A stretch of DNA of 64,000 bases from Octopus sinensis. Its lineage: Eukaryota. The position numbers and the translations under genes were made by a program. The DNA lies in the NCBI RefSeq assembly GCF_006345805.1, contig NC_043015.1, positions 31,558,001 through 31,622,000 on the forward strand, written 5' to 3'. The notes under the pieces are model-generated. The model saw nothing but the letters and a program-made list of their open reading frames with translations. It was not told the origin of the DNA and ran no database searches. Below are positions 13,185-26,379 of this stretch, in pieces (the first letter of the stretch is position 1; each line of letters starts with the position of its first letter).

Positions 13185-13350
13185 ACTGATGCTGGTGTGT
13201 TTACGTCCCCGTAACTTAGCAGTTCGTCAAAAGAAACTGATAGAATAAGTACTAGGCTTACAAAGAATAAGTCCTGGGGTCGATTTGCTTGACTAAAGGT
13301 GGTGCTCCAGCATGGCCACAGTCAAATGACTGAAACAAGTAAAAGAGTAA
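13185..13350 (+). mobile_element. SINE family A 3' portion
   Basis: GATGCTGGTGTGTTTACGTCCCCG...TGACTGAAACAAGTAAAAGAGT. Confidence 0.8.
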
Positions 13351-14674
13351 CTGAAAGAAATGCTACTAAGCGCTAATGATTCTGTCAGCTCACTGCCTTT
13401 TTTTCACTGAGTATATCAATTCGTTTTTGAAGCTGGGTCTACAAATAAGAGAGTTCTTTGGAAATTTGGTAAAGAAAGTTCTTCAGAAATTTAGGCCCTT
13501 TTATAATCAATTAAAGCCAGAGTTTCACAACTGAATTCCTTCTAAAACTACTTAACCATCAAACCATGAAGATTTAGTTCTTGATGCTAATACCAGAAAG
13601 CAAAGTGAATTGATTCCAACCAGAAACTGAAACCCAACACTGTAGCCATTTTCATGTTAAGCTTATTTTTTTGTTCTATATTACACCTCTTCCAAAGTTT
13701 AACATTGATTTATTTTGGCTATACACAAGACAATTGTGTGAAACACGTTTGCTGTCCGCATCAGAAAATATTAAAAACAAATTTGGGGGAAGAACCGTTC
13801 GTATTGTACGAGAATATAAAATCTTTAGCAGAAAAAGAAATATCCAGTTTATAACTGGGGGTTATCAGGGCCAGGCCTCAGAGTAACTTCGTTGTCGTTC
13901 GACAAGCTAAAAGTTGCAACCAAATCGCTTTCAAATTACACCCTAGCATCTTGAAAATTGAAGGACATATCGTAAAATGCCGCCATAGATTTTCGATGTC
14001 AGAATGAAGGACGAGATGATTATGGCTGGAATTTCTTTGACCATGGAACTATTAAATAACAACAAATAATATCAACTGGAAGTTATTTTTATTGACTCAA
14101 GGTCCGGCTCTGGTGGAATTTGAACTCGAAAGATTGAGTGACGAAACACATCAATATGTCACTTAAATACGTTGAAGATATTTTTGCAGTTGTTCCCCCG
14201 CCCTTTATTTATTCATATTTATTCCTGTTAATATATTTAGCATAGCTTTTCTTCATAAATGATAAAATCGATATAAATTTTGTTTATTTTCTTTCAGACA
14301 TTGCCCGATTTCTATAATTCATGAAATATCACGCCTGTTTTGCGATAGTTTAGAAAACATGGGTACACCCTTGTATTTAGGTGTGTCTAGAGGATATGAA
14401 ACAACGAATAAAATATTGGAATGACAACTAGGAATGCTTAAAAGAAATATGCAAGTCCGTAATACATTTACGGGAAAAACAATTATAAGCAAATATTTTT
14501 TGATAATTTACGCAGTTTTTTGTTGAAATAAACAAATATTTTGATATAAGTAAACGAAATAGATGTGACAAATGTTTTTCCCCAACTTCTAGTACATAAT
14601 ATCATACGACACATGATTGGTTTCCACGATGTCTCTAAACGGTGGTTTTCCTTGAAATTTGGGTGTTCTGGTTT

Positions 14675-14800
14675 CATACATACATACACACACACACGTA
14701 CATACATATATACATACATACATACATACATACATACATACATACACGTACATACATACATACATACATACATGCATGCATACATACATACATACATGCA

Positions 14801-14833
<33 letters not shown>

Positions 14834-14836
14834 GCA

Positions 14837-14877
<41 letters not shown>

Positions 14878-15062
14878 CACACACACACACACAACACACA
14901 CACACAGAGTGCAGGCGTGGCTGGGTGGTAGGAAGTTTTCTTCCCAACAAAATGATTCTAGTTTCAGTTTCACTGCGTGGCAACTTGAGCGGGCAAGAGT
15001 CTTTAGCCTTATGAGTGGATTTGGTAGACAGAAACTGAAAGAAGCCCATTGCATAAAATAAC
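14675..15062 (+). repeat. (CATA)n/(CA)n microsatellite followed by SINE A head
   Basis: Directly visible repeat; GGCGTGGCTGGGTGGTAGGAAG...GGATTTGGTAGACAGAAACTG. Confidence 0.8.
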
Positions 15063-15699
15063 ACCCTTCCACCTATGAGTTAATAAAGGAGTCTATGTGG
15101 TTGTTCAAAAAGCTGAAAATAACAACCAAATTTCCATCCAAATCACACCCTAATATCTTAGAAAATGATAAGTTGAATAATGTGGGTTCCTGGGCTCCCT
15201 GTACATAGGAAAAATGATAGGATAGCCACTAGTGGAATAGGTTTGATTTTCAGGCCTTTCAGTCAGAACCAACCAGAGATTTAGCAATAACCAAAAAAGA
15301 AAAAAAGGAGAAGGATGTTTTGGATAATGTCCTGGAAACTCAAAAAAAAAAATGACAGAATGGTCAGAGTTAGAATTCTTTTGCTCATAGGCTTACTAAA
15401 TCAGGACTTACCCGGTACTAAACAACAAAAATAGCAAAGGCCTCTACAAATTGTCAACAACTACAGTTTGTTTTTGTAAACATATTCGGCAACAAAAATA
15501 GCCACATAGTATGTCTTAGAAATCTAAATGTGTCTTATCATACTAATACTATCATCAATTGGTCTCCCTTAACTACAATAACACACAAACAGGATACACT
15601 AAGATGTTGCAGCTGTTGTTGGTGGAGGTCATCGTAGGGTTGGTGGGCCGACAAAAAAAATCTGTCTCCCAAGTTTGTTTTATAGTATGAAAATATGCG

Positions 15700-16012
15700 T
15701 GTGTGTCCTGAAAAATTCAAAGGCTAACTCAGATCCTCTCACGGAATGTAACCAAATGAGGTTTATTCTTCACCATAGTCCTCCTTGTGGACCAGGCACC
15801 TCTTCTGTTGGTGTTGCAGTGCTCAGATCCCATCGATGAAGAAGCTTTCTGATCCAGCTGGTAAACAAAGTCATCAACAGCAGATATGATGTCATCACCA
15901 CTGTAATACTGGTTCCCTGCCAAATGCTTTTCCCTGTGGGAGAACAGATGATAGCCAAGTGGGGCCAAACCAGGAGAATAGGGAGGGTGGTCAACCAGTT
16001 CAAAGTGACAGT
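15700..16012 (-). pseudogene. mariner (DD34D-type) transposase 3' fragment
   Basis: ORF 15729-16052 contains HPPYSPGLAPLGYHLF. Confidence 0.85.
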
Positions 16013-16388
16013 CATATGTGCATATATATTGGTGTGCAATATGTGTATGCATATGCGTGAGCCTTTATAGATATATGAATATACATAATTATATGTATAC
16101 AAATATATGTCCATGTGTGTGTACATATCTTCTAGCTTTTATCTTTAACTTAGATCAGTCATTGGACAGCAGCTATTGTGGGGCACTGTCTTGAAGGGTT
16201 TAGTCTGACCCCAGGACTAATTTTTCTTTTAAGCCTGGTAGTTATTCTAATGGTCACTTTTTACTGAACTTTTAAGTTACGTGGGCATAGACAAACGAAC
16301 GCCAGTTGCCAAACATTAGTGGGACTACAAACATACCACAAAGACACACACAGGTTATATATATATGTATATATATATATATATATAT

Positions 16389-16619
16389 AACAATTGCAGT
16401 GTGGAAGGTGTTTGTAAGCCATTTAAGAAACACACAAAAGCTGTTTGATTCATTTCAACATTTAAATTTATTTTGTCAAAATATTTTTGTCAGTGAACAG
16501 GTCATGGTCTTATAGCGACGAAAATATTTTGACAAATTAAACTTAAATGTTGAAGTGAATCGAACAGCTTTTGTGTGTTTCTTAAATGGTTTACAAACAC
16601 CTTCCATGCTGCAATTGTT
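16389..16619. mobile_element. Palindromic (foldback) MITE
   Basis: Arms of about 100 bp: AACAATTGCAGTGTGGAAGGTGTTTGTAA... / ...TTACAAACACCTTCCATGCTGCAATTGTT. Confidence 0.8.
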
Positions 16620-17129
16620 TTCGTTCCAGCACATGATCTCAGATCAAATCACTTGCTATGCAAGTACATCTCCCTATATATATATATATATATATATAAT
16701 TGAAAACATTGGAGTCAATAAGAAGGGGTATGGTTGGACATTAGTTTTTTAATCACTACAATTGTTTCCACACAACATGTTTCTCCAGGTGTGCAGGTAC
16801 TTGGCAATGCAACTGTTTCCCTGCATTATGTGAGATCTAGTTGTGTTTCCTCGGCCAACATGTAAATATTGTCTCCGTAAGTTTAAAATTATTGGCTTCA
16901 AGAACATCCTCTCTTTCTGTCATGGCCTGAATTTAGTAGTAATCACTGATTTTATCAGGCTGTGTTGCTGCTGAAGGGCCATTGGCAAATTGCTTTGAAT
17001 GTGAAGATGCATTATAGCAAGACATCTGTTTCTGCCTCTCTCTGTCTCTTTCTCACCCTCTAACCGTTCCTTATTTTATAAGAGTTCTCCTCCTCTAATG
17101 CCCCTGCTCCTCTATTAATTCCTTGTCTT

Positions 17130-17457
17130 GCGAGTTACTTGGTGACCCAGCCAGTGTGGTGCCATGTAAAAAGCATCCAGTCCACACTGTAAAGTGGTTG
17201 GCATTTGGAAGGGCATCCAGCTATAAAAATCATACCAAAACAAACCTCACCTGTGCTAGTGCCACATAAAAAGCACTGAGTCCACTCTGCAGAGTGGTTG
17301 GTGTTAGGAAGGGTATCCAGCCGCAAAAACTCTGCCATAACAGACACAGTAGCATTGGGTAGTTTTCCTACCCAGTCAGCTACTGTCAAACTGTCCTACC
17401 CATGCATGCATGAAATATGGACTTTAAACAATGACGATGATGATGATGATGATGATG
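17130..17457 (+). mobile_element. SINE family C with (GAT)n tail
   Basis: GTTAGGAAGGGTATCCAGC...CCCATGCATGCATG...GATGATGAT; copies at 26782, 38242, 40243, 42904. Confidence 0.75.
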
Positions 17458-17782
17458 AAATATATAGATATTTATGTTAATAGGTTCAACTTACAAAGAG
17501 TACAAATGACAGAGAAAACTAAAAAGGTAGAAGAAAGGTGTTTTAAGCCCAACAGCTGTTTCTAGGGGCTCAGAGATCCATAATAATGTTGGTTGATGTA
17601 GTTCATCACAATATGCAGCCATTTCGATGTAATTAACATTAGGTAAGATGAACCTCTGTCATCAGGGTAGAGAAGATTTTACAGTTCACATCTTAAGGCA
17701 GATAAGTTCCAAGATGGACTACACACACACACACATAAACATACACACACACACACACATGCACCCACACAGAATGAAGAAG

Positions 17783-17980
17783 AGAGGCAATTATGTGGAT
17801 AAACAAATTAGACACATTAAATGTATTAAGTATAATAAATATAACAGTCTAGGTATAAAATACAAAATATGTTTTGCATACATACATATATATATATATA
17901 CATATTTTATTTTTCATACTTGAACTATTACATCTGATATATTTAATGTGTCTAATTTGTTTATCTTCATAATTGCCTCT
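17783..17980. repeat. Inverted-repeat element
   Basis: AGAGGCAATTATG..GATAAACAAATTAGACACATTAAAT vs ATTTAATGTGTCTAATTTGTTTATC..CATAATTGCCTCT. Confidence 0.75.
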
Positions 17981-18140
17981 ATACCGGCTCAAATTGATCC
18001 CTCTTATAGCCTTTCTTTACCTTGTGGAATTAATCCCCTGTAAAAACACTGGCGGCTAAGTTTGATTCTTTTGAGCACTGCTATGTGTCCGCGATACTGA
18101 GAATCTCTGGATCTCATTTGTGGACTATATATATATATTA

Positions 18141-18294
18141 TATTAAATTAGAGATAAAACCACTATTAGGCAAATCAAACAATGAAAAACTTAAGCCAAT
18201 ACATAAAATTAATTAATTTATATTATTTTAAATATATATCAAAAGTATTAAAAGTTTAATAAAAGATAATAGTGGTTTTATCTCTAATTTAATA
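18141..18294. mobile_element. Short MITE with perfect 28-bp TIRs in (TA)n
   Basis: TATTAAATTAGAGATAAAACCACTATTA at 18141-18168 and its reverse complement at 18267-18294; one arm recurs near 47610-47637. Confidence 0.8.
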
Positions 18295-18386
18295 TGATAT
18301 AATATAATATATTTATACTATAAAATTGGATTTAATCCTAAATCTGATTTTTCCCTGTAAGTTTGGATTTACTCCCTAATATTTTA

Positions 18387-18442
<56 letters not shown>

Positions 18443-18456
18443 TATATATATACACA

Positions 18457-18494
<38 letters not shown>

Positions 18495-18649
18495 CACATA
18501 CACATACCTAAGTAAGTACATGTATGTGAATGCTTTCAGTTTCTTGTTTCAGGAAGTCACTTGACATCAGTTTCGCTTACCAGGTGGTTTTTAGTTGACC
18601 TTTACATTTAGCTGTTCATGTCTGAAAACCTGTCTGAGATTATCTAAGC

Positions 18650-18686
<37 letters not shown>

Positions 18687-19106
18687 CATACATACATAGA
18701 TATATACATAAATATGTATATATATATTTATGTGTGTGTATGTATATATATATATACACACACACATATACTTATACACACACACATTTATATGTTTATG
18801 TATACAAGCATGTATTTGTATATAAATGTTTGTATTTTCTTTTTGCTTTTCTTTTTCCTGTGCTGTTGACTAATTTTAAGTGGGGAAGGGTGGGGGAACC
18901 CAATAATTTGCTGTAAAGAATGTCTGGCATATCTCACCCAGCTCCTAAAATTCTATGGAATTCTGTGGAAACCTTATACTTAAATATGTAAAAAGAAAGG
19001 TGACAGTTGATTACAAAATTGCTCTTTCATCTCTCTAGCAGTAAAAGTGTCCAATCTAACAAACCAATCAAACCTTCCTACTGTTTTAATCCTTTAGCAT
19101 TCATAT

Positions 19107-19631
19107 TACTGTAAATCTTCGAGTATAGTCTGCCCTTGAGTATAATACACAGGGGATTTTTAGGGGGCTGTACCTCTGAAAATACCTAAACCTTGTGCAT
19201 TATACGCACCCCTTCTCTAACTTGAGTCGTGCGTAATTAAGCCAGCAGCACCTAGTTGAACAAACACTTCCATGCATGTGTAATAGAATAATGGTGATGT
19301 TCTTAACTGTTATATGGGAATGTAAATATGTTTTCAAATTGTTTTTGTTACATGTTATTCTGTGTTCTGAATACTTTTATTTTAAAAAATGTTGCTTACT
19401 GCAAATTATGGATGATTCTTTTATGACTTCATTGCTTTCAGGCTTAGCTTAAGATATTTTCGCGCCCGACATCACAAAATGCGTCTGAATAAACATTGCC
19501 AGACAGCAAATAGAGACTCGGACATAACTTAGAAGATATTTTTCATTTTTAACCTCGTATATAGTACGCACTAGGGATTTTGACCTTTAAATTTTGGGGA
19601 AAAAATGCGGATTATACTCAAGGATTTATGG
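19107..19631. mobile_element. Non-autonomous Tc2/pogo-like element
   Basis: Imperfect TIRs TACTGTAAATCTTCGAGTATA / TATACTCAAGGATTTATGGA. Confidence 0.5.
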
Positions 19632-19739
19632 AACTCGTTATATGTAATGCTGATTTTTTCCATAGTGATTTTAATTAATCTTGCATTATCTTGTAGCTTT
19701 GAAATTTTGATGATGTGATTGTATATTTTTAGAATCTGG

Positions 19740-20050
19740 CTCTCTGTCAATTACCATGACAAGGGTTCCAGATGATCCAGTCAATGAAACAGCCTGCTTG
19801 GGAAATTAACATGCAAGTGGCTGAGCACTCCACAGACATGTGAACCTGTAATTCTCAGGGAGATTCAGTGTGACACAGAATGTGACAAGGCTGGCCATTT
19901 CAAAATACAAGTATAATTCATTTTTGCCAGCTGAATGGTCTGGAGCAGGGAGAAATAATAAAGTGTATTGCAGAAGGAGACACTGTACCATTGGGAATTG
20001 AAACCACGATCTTAGGATTATGAGCCAAATACACTAACTACTAAACCACA
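19740..20050 (-). mobile_element. SINE (family D-related)
   Basis: GTTCCAG.TGATCCAGTCAATG.AACAGCCTGC body shared with 52550-52850 and, reversed, 51455-51780. Confidence 0.7.
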
Positions 20051-20283
20051 CTCCTTTCAGAATGACAATGAAGGATTGCTGTAAGATACTGCATCTGGCT
20101 GGTTTGAACAGTAAACAGGTAGAATATTCGGGCCAGATATGGTCACTTTAAATGCTAAAGAGTTAAGAAAGATCACTTTGATTACTAAAATTATTTAATA
20201 CAAAAGAATCTACTGGTAACTCTTTTATTAAGTACTGAGTACAAAAAAAGTGCAATTTTGACTAAGAAAAACAGTGAATTATT

Positions 20284-20511
20284 TTAACCCTTTAGCATTT
20301 AAACCTACCATATCCGGCCCAAATATTCTACCACTTTTATGTTCAAACCAGCCAGATCCAGTCTCTCACACACATCCTACAATGTCATTCTTAAAATAGA
20401 CATTCACATTATCAAAATCTCCGAGCTATGAGATAATGCATGCTTAATTCAAAGCAATATGAATATATAAGCAATACATTTGGTAGAGTAATTTGAATGC
20501 TAAATGGTTAA
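20284..20511. mobile_element. piggyBac-type MITE
   Basis: TTAA-CCCTTTAGCATT ... AATGCTAAATGG-TTAA. Confidence 0.85.
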
Positions 20512-20659
20512 TGAGAATCTTGTACCTGGTGACTACAGAATCATACCACAAGTAAATTAGTGAAAATATCTGGAAAATTAAATTATATATATTATATTAC
20601 TGAGTGCATAATTTCAAACCGTGAGAAGAGAAGGCCTCATGGTGGCCTATTATAATGGG

Positions 20660-21823
20660 AGTGTTGTAACTGAAAGGGTGTTCGATTAATTATAATCTAG
20701 GTGGGACGTGTTAATTGTGAATTAATAGAAAGAATGAGGATCTATAAAATAAACGATAAACGGATATGATGATACTGTAAGTATACTAATTTATATAAGT
20801 GAACTTATATGATGTCTAAATTAGATGTTAGTGAGAATCAGGGGTAATTGTGTTACTGCAATTAGTGTAGTGGTAAAACTTGAATAATTTTAAAAATTGA
20901 TGGACACATGTACTTTCCAGCTATTCTAGTGGACTTTTCAGTTGTCTACGGTGGACTATATTGTGATGATGCATTCCTGGTTACCACTAATCTCTCCAAA
21001 CCAGCTCTTGATAAAATCAGAAAGACCCTGCATAAGTTCTTTGCCAATTTTGGCCTAACTATCACATTTGAGAATATCAGTGAAATAGCCAGTCCCTTGC
21101 TGTAACATTAGATTTAAATTCTTCCTTATATTCCTTGTTCAATAAGCTTAATGAATATCTAAACTATATCAATGTCTATTCCAATCCCCATAGAGCTGTT
21201 TTTAATAGTGTAATTAAGGGTATCTCTATTAGAATTTCCGATCTGTTCACAATGGAGGAAATATTCAATAATCATGCCACCTATTATAATCAAGCACTTA
21301 CTGCAAGTGGTCTCTTGCAAAAAATAAAATTTTTGTCTAATACTAAGCTAGCTCAGTTACACCGAAATCCTCCACACCCCAAACAACAATTATGATACTT
21401 CCTACAGTAGAGAGCAACACTTCACAAATTACCCCAAATCTTAACAAGCAACATATCCAACTGCCTCTCCCACACCCCCAAACTACACATACAAAATGTA
21501 TTCCTGTGAATAGAATTCCATCCCTAACACCCACAAGGAAATTAAACTCTGCACTCCACCAGATTGCCTAATAAAGGTGTTTTATTTTAAATCAAAGTAA
21601 CCTCCCACCCCACATGCTTCTTAAATGTTAAGAGCTTGCCTGAGCAATTCTGTGCCATTATCAATTCTCACTAATATACAAGAGCTCACTTAATTAAAAT
21701 AGTATATCTGGTACCATCATATCCTTTTATCCTTTATTTTATAGATCCTCATCCTTTCCACTAATTCTTATTTAACATGTCCCACCTAGATTATAACTAA
21801 TTGAATATCCTTTCAGTTACAAC
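20660..21823 (+). mobile_element. Penelope-like element remnant (RT/thumb) bracketed by inverted repeats
   Basis: GLYCDDAFL...LDKIRKTLHKFF and YINVYSNPH...ISIRISDL...IFNNHATYYNQALTASG; inverted arms about 20660-20845 and 21655-21823. Confidence 0.75.
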
Positions 21824-21835
21824 TCTCTGTCTGTA

Positions 21836-21868
<33 letters not shown>

Positions 21869-21885
21869 GTCTGTCTCTCTCTCTC

Positions 21886-22761
21886 TAGGGTGCAGTGAAT
21901 GTATTGTTGTCTAAGTTATGTAAAAATGAAAATAACACTGATTTCTCATTTTAACAGATATATTTACGAAATTATATAAAAATATCTTGAAATACTAAAG
22001 AGTAAATTTATTCAATAAAATCGCCATTGGCTTCAACCTTGGCTTCCAGACGACTTTGGAATCTTCTGCAACTCTTCTGGATGGTCTCCTTGTTTAAGCA
22101 GGTCAATGCTGCCATAATCCTTGCCTTCAGTTCATCTTTGGTGTTACAAGGAATTTTGTTGGTCTCTTGCTCAACTGCGCCCCACACATAATAATCAAGG
22201 GGGTTGCAGTCTGAGGAGTTAGGTGGCCAGGTATTAGGGGTGATATGGTTGCAGAAATTGTCTGAGAGCCATGACTGAGCTCTCCTACTTGTGTGGCATG
22301 GTGCAAAGTCCTGTTGCCAGACACAGGGTCTTCCAGTAGCCACTCTCTTGGCCCAGGGCAACACTACCTCCTCCAGGCACTTGATGTAGGCCACCGTGTT
22401 GAGTTTGAGGCCATGTGGGAAGATGGAGGCATAATGTCATCATCACTAGTAATCACTCCAAACACCATGATGTTGACTGGATGCTTGATTTTTATCACTT
22501 TTGGTAAATGTCTTCAGATTGCACTGTCCTCAGACTGACACCCAAACACTCTGAAATGTTCGTGTTGGAGCTTCCAGAGCAAATGCCAAGCAGTACTTCA
22601 TGTTGTTTCCAAATTTCTGGCAGATTGAATTGCATCATGGTGCTGTTTTTCTCACAGATGGTGCCCAACTAACCCTACTATACTGTGTAGTCGACAAAAT
22701 CAAAAACAAACAATCCGCATGAGTGAAAAAAATGACAACAATTCACCCATCGCACCCTGTA
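21886..22761 (-). mobile_element. maT-type (DD37D) Tc1/mariner element, internally deleted
   Basis: ORF 22008-22394: QQDFAPCH...NSSDCNPLDY with 37 residues between the catalytic Ds; imperfect AGGGTGC TIRs at both ends. Confidence 0.85.
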
Positions 22762-23017
<256 letters not shown>

Positions 23018-23098
23018 TACATTCAAAATGTGACCGCATGTGTACCGTTGGCATTTTTTTCCTCCGTCTTCCCTTCTTTGGATCTTTCCTTTTCTTAT

Positions 23099-23133
23099 GT
23101 TTCTGACGAAGAGCTCCACTCGAAACGTAAAAC
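23099..23133 (+). ncRNA. Minimal type I hammerhead ribozyme motif
   Basis: gttt-CTGACGA-a-GAG(ctcca)CTC-GAAAC-GTA-aaac. Confidence 0.65.
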
Positions 23134-23242
23134 CCTCCTTCTTCCCTTCCTTCCTGAGCATCCAATAATGCTATACTTGTTCCATGTCCTCGTGTTGTTG
23201 TGTTTTCTCTTTGTGCTTTCATGTTTGGATTAACTATATATC

Positions 23243-23274
<32 letters not shown>

Positions 23275-23293
23275 GAGAGATAGATAGATAGAT

Positions 23294-23329
<36 letters not shown>

Positions 23330-23550
23330 TGGAAATATTTTACTCTCAAACACACAATAATAATGCTGAATAGCATAAATAGGTTAGAACGTCCTTATAT
23401 TGTTGGCTGGTAACAAAACTTTTTCTGCAAAATATCCTATTTATACTATTCAGCATTATTATTATGCACTTGAGAGTAAAATATTTCTATATCTGTATAT
23501 TTCGATACACTTCAACGCTTCTAAAAAAGCAAACTTTGTTTACACACATC

Positions 23551-23595
<45 letters not shown>

Positions 23596-23995
23596 AATAT
23601 GATGGACTCTCATGTCAGTTTTGACATATGAGGATCCAACAACCTACACTTTTTTTGTCAGTTATAATGCTTATGCCAAATATGACATTTGAGCCTCACC
23701 AATAATTTGCAAAGAAGCCTACAGGTGTTGCAAGTATGGGGATTACAGGTCAGTGCAGGTGGTATAGTTGCAGCCACTTTTCTCCTTTTCTTTGCATCTC
23801 TAAGCCTATTAATGCACCTCTAAACCTTTTATACCATTTTCACATGATTTTCTATATTTTGTTCGCTCCAAGACTGTTCCAAAGGTGTCGTGTTGTTCAA
23901 ATGTGTCGTGACCTATATTGACTGCTGAGCGGTTACTCTTCAGCTAGTCCTTATATCTAATCCAGAGTTGGTCAACATTCCTATGCCCATTATCA

Positions 23996-24410
23996 AGGCG
24001 GCGAGCTGGCAGAAACGTTAGCGCATCGGGCGAAATGCTTAGCGGAATTTCATCTGTCTTTACGTTCTGAGTTCAAATTCCGCCAAGGTCGACTTTGCCT
24101 TTCATCTTTTCGGGGTCGATAAATTAAGTACCAGTTATGCACTGGGGTCAATGTAATTGACTTAATCCGTTTGTCTGTCCTCGTTTGTCCCCTCTGTGTT
24201 TAGCCCCTTGTGGGTAGTAAAGAAATAGGTATTTCGTCTGTCATTACGTTCTGAGTTCAAATTCTGCCATGGTCGACTTTGTCTTTCATCCTCTTGGGGT
24301 CGATAAATAAAGTACCAGTTATGCACTGGGGTCGATGTAATCAACTTAATCCGTTTGCCTGTCCTTGTTTGTCCCCTCTATGTTTAGCCCTTGTGGGTAG
24401 TAAAGAAATA
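23996..24410 (+). mobile_element. SINE family B, full copy plus tandem headless copy
   Basis: Body repeated at 23996-24230 and 24231-24410. Confidence 0.85.
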
Positions 24411-24411
24411 T

Positions 24412-25430
24412 ATCAAGCTGGCTGTACATGAAGACTTTGGGTATTCTTTTGTCCCTAATTCTGATGCCATGGCCAGCCCAGTGCAATTGCTGCTGCATAA
24501 GGAAGCATTTGATTCCACCAATCTTATACTTGCCAAACCAGTTTGTCTTTTCCTGAATAACTATGGATTGTCTTGAAACAACCTTTTTGGATGATGTCAA
24601 GTTGGTTAATGTGCCACATAAAGGGTGTCCACAATTCCAAGCCATACATGAAAGTGATAAGAACGGCAGTTTTAATAGACCTTTACTTTGGTGTCAAGCT
24701 TAATGCTCCCTTTCGTTCCATAGCCAATGACAGAGTTTGCCAAATACAATATATATGTATGTATGTATGCATGTATGTATGTATATATGTATGTATGTAT
24801 GTATGCATCTATGTATGTATATATGTATGTATGTATGTATGTATCTATGTATATATGTATGCATGTATGTATGTATGTATGTATGTATGTATGTATGTAT
24901 GTATGTATGTATGTATGTATGTATGTATGTACGTATGTATGTATGCATGCATGCATGTATGTATGTATGTATGTATGAATGTATGTATGTATGTATGCAT
25001 GTATATATGTATGTATGCATGTATGTATGTAGTACGTATGTATGTATGCATGCATGCATGTATGTATGTATGTATGTACGTATGTGTGTAGTATGTATGT
25101 ATGTGTGTAGCATGTATGTATGTATGCATGTATATATGTATGTATGTATTTATGTATATATGTATGTATGTATGCATGCATACATGTATGTATGTATGTA
25201 TGTATGTATGCATGCATGTATGTATGTATGTATGTATGCATGTATGTATGTATATATGTATGTATGTATGTATGAATGTATGTATGTATGTGTGTAGTAT
25301 GTATGTATGTATGTATGTATGTATGTATGTCTGTATGTATGTATGTATGTATGTATATAAGTACCTAGATGAATTAGCAAAAGCATGGTACATTTTACCA
25401 AGCCATACTTGCTTGAATGAGATGGGTGGG
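24412..25430 (-). mobile_element. RTE-clade LINE fragment interrupted by about 600 bp of degenerate (ATGT)n
   Basis: Minus-strand SIKLDTKVKVY and QQQLHWAGHGIRIRDKRIPKVFMYSQL (RTE RT C-terminus). Confidence 0.7.
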
Positions 25431-25789
25431 TGTGCGGTAATTATTTGTACTCTTAGGTGAACTTTGTCTTCCTATTGTTACCAATAGTTTGATCTTATAA
25501 ATGTGCTTTTATTTTACTAGAAATGGCCAAATGATTTGGAAGTTTGCTCTGATATCACACTGCTTTGTTTTCAAACTTTTTGCCTGGCATTTTGGGCAAG
25601 TATTATTTTCTTCTATCCCTGCTTCCAGTTGATCCAAACCTTTTGAATGAAACTGAGTAGGGAGAAGCTGTGCAGGTGTCTGATGGATGGAGTCTATCTA
25701 TAATTTAAGGGTACAGTCTTGTAATGCATATTGTATCACACTGGTTCTCTTTGACAATTACATTAATGGTACATGTATCTATGGAAGGC

Positions 25790-26020
25790 AATGAGCTGGC
25801 AGAAACGCGAGCATGCCGGGCGAAATGCTTAGCGGTATTTCGTCTGCCACTAAGTTCTGAGTTCAAATTCCGCCGAGGTCTACTTTGCCTTTCATTCTTT
25901 CGGGGTCGATTAAATAAGTACCAGTTACGCACTGGGGTCGATATAATCGACTTAATCCATTTGTCTGTCCTTGTTTGTCCCCTCTGTGTTTAACCCCTTG
26001 TGGGTAGTAAAGAAATAAGT
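25790..26020 (+). mobile_element. SINE family B
   Basis: GGCAATGAGCTGGCAGAAACG...GAGTTCAAATTCCGCC...GGTAGTAAAGAAATA. Confidence 0.85.
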
Positions 26021-26379
26021 ACATGTATCTATGGAATACTCAGCCAGTTCACACACTAATTCAACAACCTGCTAATTTAGTTGGTCGAATAATTAAATGC
26101 TAATTATCAAATCTGACAGTGATCCATTAATTACAAAACAGCTGTGGCAAAATAGTTAATGATGTAGCATTTCTTTTCTTCATTATTTTCTTTTAATTGC
26201 GGGCAGGCTACCGGTATGATGTTAATTAAAGACAACATTGCCTCTGCTAATAACAGGAAATGAATGTAGAACATATAAGCCCTATAGCTAATATATACTG
26301 CTCTGCTATTTTGAGCTATTGTCACAATTAATATAAATAATGATTATTTGGCTTTTTTCTTTTATGCTGGGGCACCACT

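Noticed and set aside
14290-14390. Exon-like segment bounded by tttcag and gt
   Set aside because: Open frame has no recognisable product and no partner exons
17605-17670. Minus-strand CTGATGA...GAAA hammerhead-like motif
   Set aside because: Stem II closing pair and stem I do not pair; at best a decayed copy
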